Assembly (NCBI GenBank): GCA_051362555.1
Contig: CM120640.1
Location: 45,176,788-45,240,787, forward strand
Direction of reading: 5' to 3'
From: Lingula anatina
Taxonomy: Eukaryota; Animalia; Brachiopoda
DNA length: 64,000 nt
Of the stretch, positions 50,949-63,991 are shown one piece after another. The notes under the pieces are model-generated. The model made no database searches, was not told the DNA's origin, and was given only the letters and a program-made list of their open reading frames with translations. Each line of letters begins with the position of its first letter. Position 1 is the stretch's first letter. Position numbers and translations under genes: made by a program.

Positions 50949-53900
50949 TTATGTGAGGATGTCATGAGCCTTGTTTTCTACCAATACCTCCATTGAAGTC
51001 ACATCTTGGCACCACTGGTCCAGTTTAGTTTTCATAGTGGAGATCTGGAAGAAAAAGAAAAAAAAAAAAAACACCCTTGAAACATATTTGCATGTATAGC
51101 AAAGTCTCATGAGACTTTTCTGTCGGTCCCACTTAACTGTTCTTGTTCATCTATAAAATGAGCATCTTCAAATGTGTATGATGGGAGTAAAATGTATGCT
51201 TGTATATTTCTTCATTTACTGAAGCTGAATAATTCTGCAACTATTGTTTTCAATTTCTAACTTTTAATATCCCATGTCTATGCATAGTGCTATGCAGATA
51301 CCTCGGAGAAAAACCCACCTGGTCTACATCTAGTACTCTAGGTTGGACCCAGGTCATGTGCACTTTCTGTTCTACCTGGTCTATGGACCCCTTAACCAAT
51401 CCAAGGGACAGTGCCTTCATGACCAACAGCTCAACCTGAAACATTATTCATGGGTCATTGGCAATCACCACAGTTCAGCTAATGTGTTGCTCAGTACATA
51501 TGATTTTCATTATTCAATACATGCTGTCCATCACTCCTGCAACGTAATGGCAAAAATCTTGCACATGTTCATTTGTCACAGGCTGGCACTTTTCTAGACA
51601 TGCCAACTTAAGTTATAGTTTATCAATTCTAATAGCAGAATTTAATGATAGTGGGATTTTGAGAAATTCATTAGGAACATTCCAGTTCATGAAACCATGT
51701 CCCAGAACTGCAAGGTGACTTATACCTCAGTAAGTGGTAGTTTGGTTTCATTTGCAATCTCATCAAATGTCAACTGTCTGTGATTGGCAGGTCTCTTAAA
51801 TGTCATCTGAAAAAGGCAAAGGTAGATCAGAAAAACAAATACACTTATTCCTTCTGACCAGGACAGATAACATGATTAATATCATGAACAATGAATTATA
51901 TCACCACTGTAAGTTACAAAATGTTAATTGTTTTGACACATTCAGTAAACCAGAAAGATGGCATGTGTGTAAAAATTGATTTATTTAGTACTAAGAATTT
52001 TGAATACCTCCATGAGACACAGCAGACAAATCTTTTGTCTTAGAGAGATCTCTTTTGCAGCTAAATCAGGCTGAAAAACATAAAGGAGAGAGAAATCAGA
52101 ACACATTGCATGCATGCACTAAGCCATGTGTCAAGGTTTCAAAACTTTTATAAATAAAAGGAATCATTCCTTTATGGTCATTTTATGTCATTTATGTTGC
52201 ATATTAACCTCTGAAAACTTGTAAAAAAAATTACCTGCTTAGCCCACTGTGGTTTAAGTGCTTCAAACTTGTTGAGATTGCCTGCATTGAAAGCATACAG
52301 AAAGTCTACCAGCCACTGCCTGTCTGGAGTTTTCAGGGAATTCAAGATTGGGTGTGCTAGCTATAAAATATCAATATCAAATATTTGCTAATTGACTATA
52401 AATGAGAACAAAATGAAAAATAATCACACTACACCAGTAGTTACAAGATGGTGAATAGTTTTAATTACTTACTGATCACTTTGAACATTGCAACTTAAAA
52501 TAAATTTAGATAAAAATGTATTTTAAAAATTAAGTAACCAAAGGATAATAACATGGAAGTTTAAAATAAGGAAATTCTCCCTTTCAAATAGTTTCATTAG
52601 TATTACCCACCAATTCACCAAAATTGTAGATATTTTCACCAAGTAGTGCTGCCAAGGCCAGGTTAAATGCTCTTTCGGTTTTTAAGTTCTCTAAAAAAAA
52701 TATACATCAATGATAATTAGATCACATGAGAAAAAGAAAAAAAACTTTACGGAATATAAAAATGATTTAAACATCCAATGATGCAATTATTTGACAATAT
52801 ATTTGATTAAAAACACATAAATCATAAAGCAGAAAGACACTTCATCATGTCTTAGATGCCTAAGAATTCTATATACAATTTGATTAAATTTTTGAAATAG
52901 TTTTCAATTGTCAAAGATATATAAAAATATGCCATAAAATGATTCAAATGTTCCACTGGATTCAAAATAACATTTTAGATGGAAATAATCCCCATAGGTT
53001 ATAATTTTCCATACACATATTGTAGCAAATGGTATTTCTCCTTACCAGGTACATCATCCAGTGTGGTACAGCCTAGATACCTTAGTGCCTCCCTGTAATA
53101 CTCCGCATGGTTGCCCATCAATTTGTGATAGTTACTGGTTAGGTCATAGAATCTACTGTGTACAGTAGTTATGCCATCAAAGTTGTCAAGAATACCTGTG
53201 GCCTCCTCAATTATCTTCTGCAAGTTGAGATTAAATGAAAAGCTCAATGTAAAGTTTATGATGATTTAGTGGTAAATATACGGAGTAATAAAACCTTCAG
53301 TTAGTAAAGCTGATATATTTTTGTAAATCTTTGATAAAACACAGGCTTACTCATTATCAACAACAAAAATCCACATTGATTGTCTTACTTTTGCTGCATC
53401 CAGATTTCTCTGTTTGATATGGATGTTGCCAACAGCTGTCAGACACAAGGCTACAGCTTCCTCATTACCCTTTACCTGGCAGAGTGAGGGAGAGAAGAAT
53501 TACGATTCAAAGCATACAACTTGAAAAGAGTTATATAAGTAACAGAAAATAAAAATAAGCATCAAGTAATGTAACATAACTTTCAATATACAAATACATG
53601 TGTGGAAAATGAGATTTTTCAGAGTGTAATAAGCAAATGAAACTGACTACTGAAATGGGGATGACTGTGCAACTTACTTTTTCTCTGATCTTTTCTATAA
53701 ATTGAATAGCCTCTTGTGGATCTGCTCAGAATATAAATTAGAAATATTAATATCAGAAACTGGTATAACATGAAAAAATTATTAAATGTTATCAACTTAT
53801 CATATGTGTGAATGCATATCAGGTGTCAATCTTTGATTAAAAAAATATTCTTCATTTCATATCACTCTGTACAGAATCAAACTTGTTAAGTAATAAAGAC

Positions 53901-55146
53901 TCATATACCAAATAAAAAAAATTCCACATTTTACCTTGAATTCGGTCTACCACATATAGAATAATCTCTACCAATGCCAGGGGGTTTACTCTAAAAATCA
54001 TAGATAAAAAATTCCTTTAATCACATTAATTTTAAAGTTCAAGAAATGAGCCCAGACTGCAATAAGTGTACTAATCAAATCATCACTAATGAATGCTGAC
54101 ACTTGCAAAAAGCTTCTGAAATCATATCCTGTACATATGTACATATTTAAGTTAAAAAAAATTACAGAAAAGCAGTTACTGGATTAATTTTACTAATATT
54201 GAATTTTTACAGAATATAATATTAAATCTTACCTGTGCTCAAAATCAGCTATAAAGTTCTTGTATATCTAAAATAAAAAGTAAGCAGATGAATAAAAATC
54301 CTGAGTGTGAAACTGATAAAGAAATCAATACAATAGTAAACAAACAATTCAGATATTTCTTCACAGCTAATAAATAATGTGGTGAATCCATATTACATAA
54401 GGCTTTTCATCAGACTCTTCAAAAACATTGCTAACACTTTGGAGTGGAAATCATACCTGTATTAAAGTGTCTCCTGTTGCCAATGCTGGATTCTTTACAA
54501 ACTTCAAAACTTTTAATGTCAACTGATGCCAAAGTCTGAAAGCATATTGATATACTCTGTGTAAGTAAAAGTGACTGCCAGGCCCACTGGCAGCAATTTC
54601 AAAGGAAGGGTGGATTGTTTTCTGAAAAAGTATACCCTGAAACCTTTGTGTACTTAGATTAAATGTTTATTCAAGGGTCATCCTAAAATGTCCTCTACAG
54701 CTCACCACAGCACAATACATAAAAAAAGTTTGTCGCAAGCAAACACAGAAAATGGCCCTTAGCAAGAAAATTGAGGGATATAAAAGCAAAACATTTAACT
54801 GGGTAATTAATATTGTTGACCCAACTAAACAAATTGGCATGATTTGTTCATCATCATGCTGTCTGCAATAATGACTCTCCTTGGCAAAACGGCAGACGCC
54901 CCGGGATAAACAAATCAAACTGAATTTGTTAAGTAATATTATTTCAATTTTGCCAGTCATAACTCACTGATGATGGCAGACAAAACATCGGTAGTAAACC
55001 ATGCAAAAGCAGTTCATATCTCCTTATGTTTATATCTTAACTCACTTTTTTGAGTAAAGGTCTTCTAACTCTGCCCATTCTGTTGCTAATTCTCCGCTGC
55101 TCCTTCTTTGTTGTTCCGATAAAAATGTTGTAACACTTGACGACAT
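50949..55146 (-). CDS. PSMD13: 26S proteasome non-ATPase regulatory subunit 13 (Rpn9), about 378 aa, 13 exons
   Basis: Exons 55146-55046, 54535-54457, 54267-54233, 53990-53935, 53721-53678, 53475-53389, 53217-53046, 52690-52611, 52360-52235, 52070-52008, 51806-51726, 51435-51319 and 51044-50949 (1137 nt). Motifs [54 protein letters not shown] and WVQPRVLD. Confidence 0.97.
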
Positions 55147-56596
55147 GCTGCCGGCTTTTCTTTCCCCAATATGGCGGCCCTTATAAATAGCAACAACAAA
55201 CGACCGATAACAGCATATAGCGGGTTTAATCATGATGAGCCTATCCCTATTTAGAACATGCCATAAGCTCGTGCAACTTGTTAATAATTATTTCATTATT
55301 CATTTTTATTATCTATTCATTATTTTCAATCAAACGTCAACTGTATTTTTCAAAACTCCCTACTTGCTTTTATGATTAAAGTATGCTCTTTGTAAAAGCT
55401 CCATATGCATATAATTTTTTCACCTTTTCCTGAGAAGAAGGTATAAATCTTAGATTTCTTGATACTTTTCACTGAAAATGAAAATATCCATGCAAGTTTT
55501 CCCTTTTATTACAAAATTGAACACATTGTGAATCTGAGATCTAATACAAAAATGTAAATAAAAAATATTTAAATTAAATTTATAAATTACAACAAAGTTA
55601 AATCAATAGATCTTTGGCATCAAGTTTGTGAAAAGTAATGTGAGTTGCTATCAAATTCTATTTTTGTATTGTAGAATTGTCAAAAATATTCTGTTCAATT
55701 GGTTTTGAAGCATAAGGACAATTGTGCAATTTGTCTCACTTAAAGTTTGAGTCTCTTATCAAAACACCTAATTATATAGAAAAGTTTTATGTCAATTACC
55801 AAAATTGCACACTTATATTTGCCTAACAAGTCATTACGGGCTATTAATTTCTGTAGGAAGCATTCACTTTAGGTAACATTTCTACATTTTATTGGCAATT
55901 AAAATGATTTCCCTAATCCTTTCAGGCACTACTACTAATCAAACAGTACCTACAGTTTGTACATTTTAATCATTTCCAGATTCTCAGTATAAACAAATAC
56001 AAATTCCATTGTAAAATTCATTATATCAGCTTTATCAAGTGAAAAAGTAATCCTTCACAATTTTCTCTTTCTCCTCTCCTCAGCATTATCTTCATGTGGA
56101 GGCACCAAATATCAAGTTAAGTATGCTTAGTTAGGAGTCTCCACAATTTATATACTTTGTATATTCAGCTACATTGTACACCTTTTAATTTTACCTATAT
56201 TCCCAATTACTTACTGTTGGTAAAAACATAGGCCTCAAATCAATAAGACCCTTGAATATCTTTGGTTATGTCTGATTTTCTTATGTATAACAACTTATCT
56301 TACCTGCAATGTAGACTCTATTGAATATGAATCTATAATTTTTTTGTTTATTGTTTTTTTTAAATATATGCCGTTTCTTCATAAAAAGCATTGACATCAT
56401 GTACAACTACCAGTAGACCTCTTACTTGTGCCATGTTAAGTAAAAGATCCCCAGGTCATTTATACTGTCAAGTATATACCCCGAGCAAGTAGCTTGTGTG
56501 GAATGTCTAGAGGTGAAGAGAAATCAAGATCACTACTGGTTGTGATGCAAAGCGATGCATGGGTACAATATATAATGTCCTCTTGATAAAGCACAG

Positions 56597-58200
56597 TTAG
56601 CTATAATCAGTATGAGAATAGCTCCTTTGAAAATCTTTCGAAGCAGAGAGAAGTTCATTTCTGTAGTCCAATAAATCCTGCCAGTCATTTTTAGTTTTGA
56701 TTAGCTCATTGTTTTTATGTGCTTCATAGTGAAATTGAGGGGTCTTCAGTTCATACCTGGAAAATAGTTATAAATATTTGTCAATGAAATTATTGTTATT
56801 CAGCTGCATTTTTATCATTATCTGTGGCCATACTGATTTGTTCATTTAAGAACTCATTCTGTCAATTAGAAAAATTAAGTTTTTAGTGAAAAATTGCAAA
56901 TATTGTTATTGACAGTTCTCCTTCAATGATCAATCTAATCAATTTTGACTTTGCTGTTAAAGGACCCACCACTTTGGCTTTGGCCCACGAATCCTTTCCA
57001 GTTCTTCTTCTCTTTTCAACTCCAACAAGTGTTCCTCCTCCAGTCTCAAACGTTCCATTCTCAGTCTGGCCATCTCTTGTTGGTATGGAGAGGCTAGAAG
57101 TACACTAGAAGAACCTGCAATTAAAGCAGATCTTATTTTTAAATATAAATAATTTTACCTGACCAATGTTTTGTAAATTTGTTGTAAAAATACTGTGAAC
57201 TGAGTTTTCAAGAAAAAAGACAGGGAGGAAAATTGCATAAAACTGAATAACATTTTCTTATATCAAAACTCAAAACCATATAGAAAAATCAACATTTAAA
57301 GAATTATATGTGAAATTGTACCTGAGAATAGATAATTCAAATGTGTTGTATCAACAAAAAAAAAAAAAAAACATTGTTAGGGTAAACCCAAATACCTATT
57401 GTTGGAGCCTCAGCTGTCCTAGTGTACATGTTATCAATGCTTGATCTAGTTGCAGTAGGAGGTCTCCATTTAGCTGGGCTTTTTGATTTTTTCTTCTTTT
57501 TATACAGACCATCTGTGGGTGTGCTGGGTCTGGGTAGTCCCTTTGGTGGAGGTGACAGGGTCCTGCCAATAGGTACATCAGCCATACCTACCACAGGATC
57601 AAGAGGGTCTGATGACTGAAGTGATTTGTACAGACTTGCAGCAGCCCCAAATGTTACTGGAAAATGATCTGTGATAATGTCTCTTGGCCTGGTCGGAATA
57701 GGGGAACTTGAACTGTATCTTGGACTTCGTGGGCTTGATCTTGTAAAGCTGTTTGTTGATCTTGCTCTTGGGGAGGCCCACCGATCATTTTCTTCTTTGA
57801 TTCTTGCAGTTGCTATCTGTTCAGCATTAAGTTTTTTGGCTGCAAGCAAGGCTCCCATGGAACCTGTAGGTCTGTGGACAGGAGAAATTGACCTGGTATT
57901 TAAACCTGCCCTTTTCAAGGTTGGGTAATCATGCTCATCTTTTGTCAGATGTAAAGGCTGTGTGAACCACTCTGCTTCTTCCCTTGACTTTGGTCTCCCC
58001 GCCAGAGATTCGTCATGATACCCATTCTTTTGCGATCTTTTAATTTCTGCATCATCCTTTTCAATGAGTCTCTGCAACTCCTCATCCACGCTGTCATCAC
58101 TTTCCTCTCCTTCACTGAAATGCCTCACCTTTTTGAGGTCACTGAAACTAACACTCTTCCTGAGGCTACTGCCTCTACCGCTGCCACTGAGCCTGCTCAT
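56597..58200 (-). CDS. Uncharacterised protein, at least 369 aa: Ser/Arg/Pro-rich disordered N-terminus plus a coiled-coil and aromatic C-terminal motif
   Basis: Exons 58200 (the frame stays open upstream to the acceptor at 58333)-57396, 57114-56970 and 56756-56597 splice in phase. The C-terminus reads SPYQQEMARLRMERLRLEEEHLLELKREEELERIRGPKPKWYELKTPQFHYEAHKNN...HTDYS*. The start codon is uncertain. Confidence 0.8.
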
Positions 58201-59030
58201 GTCGAGATCAAGATCATCACTGTCTTCCCAGCTGTCCTTGTCTCTGTAGTTGTCACTTCGGTATAAGGAATTTTGACTTAGCCGTCTAGTGGTTGTGGTA
58301 AGTTGCGAGTTAGTCAGATATCTTTGTCTCTCTCTGGAAAAAAAGGATACATATTCAGAAAACAAACAATACAATATCTTACAATCATAACACATTATGC
58401 TGTACAATGCAAGGGGTCTATTATTAAAATGTAAGGCTAGAAAAAAAAAACAGTTAAGTTGGTTAACAAGTGGTGATGCACTGTAAACATTTTTTTGTTT
58501 TGCTTTAAACACTGACAAAAATTAAATTTAATACATGTCACAATCATTGAGAAAGAGGAAAGAAACCCAATGTCAGTGTGCAATCCCCTTGCCGTGAGCA
58601 GAGACTCGGCGTTTGGATCAAACCTACTACTTGTACACGTACAGTACAGTACTGGTAGCAGGGGGTTATGAAGTGCCAGTACATTTTGAATCTAATTATG
58701 TTGCTTATTTATTCATGTAACTGAGTTGCCTATTGATTTGTGGAACTTTGTAGTGAAATGTCTATGTCCATGATTGTACCTTGTTCGTGAAGTTGTATAT
58801 CAATAACGGAATCTAAATGTAAATCATAGAATCAATACGATAGTGGTGTCATCTTTGTTTTTCTCGCGTGTTTTAGCTAACATGTAGAAAATTCCCGACA
58901 TAAATAGAGATGCAGTCTTCTTTTACATTTATCGAATAAAATCTTACTGCATAGGTGTTCGTCTCCCATGTAAAACAAAGTCATCGTCAGGCCGGGTATA
59001 ATCCATTCCACCAACTGGAAAGTATGTTTG

Positions 59031-59153
59031 GCTTCATTGGAAACGACGCACCTTTTTGTCGAAAGAGGGCAGCAATAACCAAGAGATGCGCAGAATGAAA
59101 ACATAAGTAATCTTGTTTTGAATGGCGCACCATCTAGCGTTGTAATCAGCAAC
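59031..59153. promoter_or_regulatory. Divergent promoter (uncharacterised gene/nudC) with X-box-like motifs
   Basis: CpG-enriched segment containing GCTTCATTGGAAAC (59031-59044) and GTTGTAATCAGCAAC (59139-59153). Confidence 0.5.
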
Positions 59154-59197
59154 TAGTGAGACATATTCGCCACTATTCGACACGAGAAACAGAAAGC

Positions 59198-62100
59198 ATG
59201 GGAGACTTAGAGAGATTTGATGGCATGCTATTGAGCATGGCTACTCAGTGCGAAGGAGGAGTTACGGAGGTGAAGTTCAAGTGACCGATCTGAATAATGG
59301 ATTGATGTTTTTACGGTGTTAATATCTGAAATATTTTCATAGAATTATCTAAAAATTTAACGATACTTAAGGAAGTATGCAGTGTGCCCCTCAAAATGTT
59401 TTTACACGCAAGTCTTTGATTGAACGATATTTTCTAAATTTAGTTATATATAATATGGTGAGTTTGATCAATGTATCTGCTATACAAATAGATAAGACAG
59501 GTTATTTTATGTTGAACAATAATATACTAAATATGTATGCATAATAATAATATACAACTCGATCCCATAATGGAATGGGATCCCATAATACATTGCAATT
59601 AAATGAGCTCGATCTACCTAAAATGCACAATATGGCGCAACACAGTGCAATACACTTGAAGAAATTCCAGTTGTAAGTTAACATAGGAAACGGTCATTTG
59701 CAAGAAAACGGTATATAAATTAATATAAAAATGAATTATATTAAGTACTAGGTAATTTTAATATTGAAATATCCTTGATCCAAATGTATTAACTAATTGG
59801 TACAATTTGTTTAAACAGAGCCTCTTAACTCGAAAGCATCGCGTATTGCAACCGAGCGCAAGCGTCTCGATTTCATAACTCACCCATTCTTGCCCCATAT
59901 AATACATTGTAGCCTCTATGTGATATCGCTATTCGCAATGCACGATGTTTTTGAGTTACGAAGCCCAGTTCGTCCGCCATATTGCAAAGAACGGCAGATG
60001 CTGTATTGTGTTATATTGCACATTTTAGGTAGATCAAAATGAGCTAAAAGTTTCTTGTAAAAACATCAAGGAATCATTAAGTATTAGTAATAAATTTGAA
60101 TAGCAGAGTTGTGATAATTGAATAATGATTTAGTGCCAACTCTTTCACTGAGTCCTTGAGATTTCACAATGCATTACGTAAATGACCACTGTATTTTTCT
60201 TTGAAAACCCAAGCTTAATTGAATTGTTCATGTAATGCTACCATATGAATCATGTTTTGGTTATTTTTCAGTTGCTGGATGTGATATTTAGCTTCCTGGC
60301 AAGAAAAACTGATTTTTATACTGGTGCAAGTAAAGGAACACCAGAACAGGTAGTGCTGCTGTTATTTGTGGATCATAGAATTAAACCTGCACTATTTGAT
60401 TTTGTAAACAAGTACTTTGTGGTTGGTATTGAATGTACCTTCTAACATTTTCAATACCATACCTTTGGGAGCAATTCATCATTTTAATTGTATTTTAGAG
60501 TTTTGTTATCACTCAGAATAAAATGAAATACCTAGGTACATTCAATTGAATTCTTTGTTTTCCTTTTAATTCATATTCACTGTTAAAATGATTGACTTCC
60601 ATAACATTCTTAAAGCACTCTTCAAAACCTTGATCTATAATAAACCCATTATTACATAATTTCAGTTGATTCTGGATAAGTTCAGACACTTTGAAAAAGA
60701 AGCCCTGAAGAAAGCACAGAAGGAAAAAGAGGATAGAGAAGAGTCTGAAAAGAGAAGAAAAGAGAGACTTGCCAAAAAGGCTGAGAAAGAAAGACTGGAA
60801 CAAGAACAATTAAAGGAGGAACCCAAAATCAAAGAAATCACAGATGAAGAGGCAGAAAAATTACAAAAAGAAATTGAAAAGGTAACTGTACATGTTATGG
60901 TCATTGTATATATATTTGATAAGGGTTATTTCTGGTTATTTGGTATTATATAATTATTTTCTGTTCCATTTTGCACAATTGAAAAAATGTGCTGGTTTAT
61001 TCCGTTGAGACACTTTGTTTTTTTTTTCATTGACATGATTTTTTTATTTATATGATTAGGAAAAGACAGGAAATGATGCAGAAGAAAATGGATCAGGGGA
61101 TGCAGATGAAAAAGAAGAAACAAAGGTAATCAGGCCTACCCAACTACCAGACTCGGCACCTCATGATCCAGAATACACCGGTATATCAGACCACACAGTG
61201 TGTGTCAGATCTCATTACAGAGTATCAGCCACCACACCGATTTTCCTGGTGCGCGATGTGATAGCGATGATCCTAAGGGGGGTTGGAAAGTATTGCATCT
61301 CATCTAGATTCATGCACTGCTGCAATTTTCCCTGTTTATGCTAAAAATCTGACAATACCGCAATTTTTTAACATGAAATTTAGGTTCGAACATAGCCAAT
61401 GATGTTTTGTAAATAAGAACTTGCAAACTTATATGTTAATTTAGAAAAGTAGACCTAATTTTGATAGCGGAAGCATATTCTGTCAGGGGTTAAATAAAAG
61501 TATTCAATTTTTTCACCGACTACTGTCTGTCGCCATGTTGTTGTATTCATACGACTCCTACTTGACGAAAACGAGGCGCGATACCCGGATGACAGGTAGG
61601 CCTACAAAATATGTGTTGGGGTATGATACTCTGTAATGCGATCTGACACACACCTTGAAAACGGGTAGTGTGGTATGATATACCGGTTTATTCTGGATCC
61701 GTAGATGCCGAGTCTGGTAGTTGGGTAGGCCTGGTAATGATTGCAAATTTTTGTTTGTTTGTAACTTGTTCTGTAAAATAATCAGTGATAAACATCTTTG
61801 CTTTGCTGAAGACAATTGCGATAAATGTTGGTATTATGTACATAATTGTGCCTTAAAGAACTATGAAAAAAAATGTCTTTTCTTCCTGCTACTTTTGTGG
61901 GAAAACTTTATTTTATCATAAATTGATAAAAGGGGCATGCACATATTATTCCGAAAAAAATTGCATGAGGCCCTGCAGATTTTGCAAGATTTTACGGCAC
62001 ATAGGGGTAATATAACCATCAGTTAGCAAATGTTTTGTGGTTAAAATTTCATTTCCCTCTGAAATCTTGGAAAACACTATAAAAAGTATAATTGTAATAA

Positions 62101-63991
62101 TAATAACATAATATTGAATTTAATCACATTTTCTTCCACACCATTAATTTCTTTAATGACTTTGTCTCAGTAATTGAAGGTTCCAAGGCAGTAAGAAAAA
62201 TATTCGAGTAACAAAGATGATCATTTTTACTTATACATCTCTTGTAAGATTACCTTATCCTAAAATTCCAACATTGTAATAAAATGTCTTTTGTATGTCA
62301 TAGTCTGATGATGAAGATGAAAAAGACAAAGACAAGATAAAGCCAAACTCCGGCAATGGGGCAGACCTCCCAAATTATAAATGGACACAAACACTGCAAG
62401 ATGTAGAGGTAATATTTTTAGTCCCCCCCTCCCTCTACAAGCAAAAAAAAAAAATATATATATATATATATATATTGACATCAAAACTTCAGCTATAGTC
62501 TATGAAGTACGAAGGTTGACACCTGTTGCTGTACAAATTACTGTGCTTTAGTAATGCTTTGTTGCCAAACTTGTGAAAACTTCACACATGCATAAAAAGT
62601 GTACACCATTAATTTAATCAAATTGATGCATATGAAATGTATGCATACAAATGTACATCATTTAGAGCATTTACAGTATTAATGTCATATTTTATTTTAA
62701 AATTTGACAAACGTTCATGTAAGCAGTTTAACATCTTTAATTTCTATTCCTTATATTCAGATTAGAATTCCATTCAAAGTTCCATTCCCAATTAAAGGAA
62801 AAGACTGTGTAGTGGTTATTGAGAAAAAGGTATGTTCAACAACTAGTCAGTAACACCAACACTTCCTCGTTTTTTCCTATTTTTTACATATTTGATTTGG
62901 ATCTCTCTCAAGTGTACTCTAAAATAACATAAGTTTAATTCAATTCAATTCAATTTATTTCTGTACTGGTACATAGATTGTCATGACCTTGTACAATATG
63001 ATATACTAATGACGATACAATACAATAAGTGCATTACCATTTCTCTAGTTGGTATTATGTTGCCTAGCCATTTGTGAATGAAAAAATAATCTTTATATAA
63101 TGAACACACGTACTAGTAAAATTACTCAAAATATTCAATGAAGTAATGATGTCATTTTGAGTTATTTTTAGACTTTTCTCTCATTTCTTTTTATTTCATC
63201 ATAGCACTTAAAAGTGGGTTTAAAAGGTCATCCCCCTGTGATAGATGGTCCTATGTACAATGATGTGAAGAAGGAAGAGTCCACATGGTGCATAGAAGAC
63301 AAGAAAATTATCATTATAAATTTGGAAAAGGTAACCTTATTTGTAAAGTCCAGGAGAAGTTTTTTATAATCTATAATATTATATTATATTAAACTATAAT
63401 ATTATGTAAATAAACTTATCCTTAGACTGTTTTATATTTATTAACTCCTAAAAAAAGTCAAGATTAAAATGGAAACTCACTCTCAGACTGGTGTGTATAA
63501 TAGGAAATCACAAAAAGGAATACATATATACACAGTAAGTTGCTTTCTTTGCCAGGTCAACCAGATGGAGTGGTGGTCAAGAGTGGTCACCACAGACCCA
63601 GAAATCAACACAAAGAAAGTGCAGCCAGAAAATTCCAAGGTTTGTTCATTTTCCCCCTCTTAATATTAGTACAGCAGGAATGACCTCTACTCAGTGATAT
63701 TTTCAGATATTTAACTACGGATTAGTAAGGTGCTGTGTGGTAGTATTTTTTTAGAAAGACATCAATTATATCTTATTGTGAAAATTTGAAGTTATTAAGA
63801 ATATCACAAAATAGATATTAAAAGGTGGTACAGCCACTGGAATTAATGTAACAAGTAAACTTTTTTTTGTAGCTGTCTGACTTGGATGGGGAAACAAGAT
63901 CACTGGTAGAAAAAATGATGTATGATCAAAGACAAAAAGAGATGGGCTTACCAACATCAGATGAACAAAAGAAACAAGATGTGTTGAGCAA
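59198..63991 (+). CDS. nudC: Nuclear migration protein NudC (p23/CS-domain dynein regulator), 3' end outside the window
   Basis: Exons 59198-59269, 60272-60349, 60666-60881, 61060-61125, 62304-62408, 62761-62829, 63205-63330, 63556-63639 and 63873-63991. Motifs [76 protein letters not shown] and [20 protein letters not shown]. Confidence 0.97.
59610..60036. mobile_element. 427-bp MULE/Mutator-type MITE in nudC intron 1
   Basis: Imperfect ~38-bp TIR (GATCTACCTAAAATG perfect core) with a 9-bp TSD AAATGAGCT at 59601-59609 and 60037-60045. Confidence 0.75.
61131..61733. mobile_element. 603-bp MITE with long TIRs and a 5-bp TSD (hAT5-like), inserted in a nudC splice donor
   Basis: 28-bp perfect TIR CAGGCCTACCCAACTACCAGACTCGGCA, extending imperfectly for about 100 bp. 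TSD GTAAT at 61126-61130 and 61734-61738. Confidence 0.9.

Noticed and set aside
54667-55030. Possible intronic C/D snoRNA or ORF in PSMD13 intron 1
   Set aside because: TGATGA motifs are present, but no matching D box or terminal stem on the sense strand was found, and the ORF has no features.
55147-56596. SIRT3 head-to-head with PSMD13, as in vertebrates
   Set aside because: There is no sirtuin coding sequence. The upstream neighbour is the 3' end of the uncharacterised gene.
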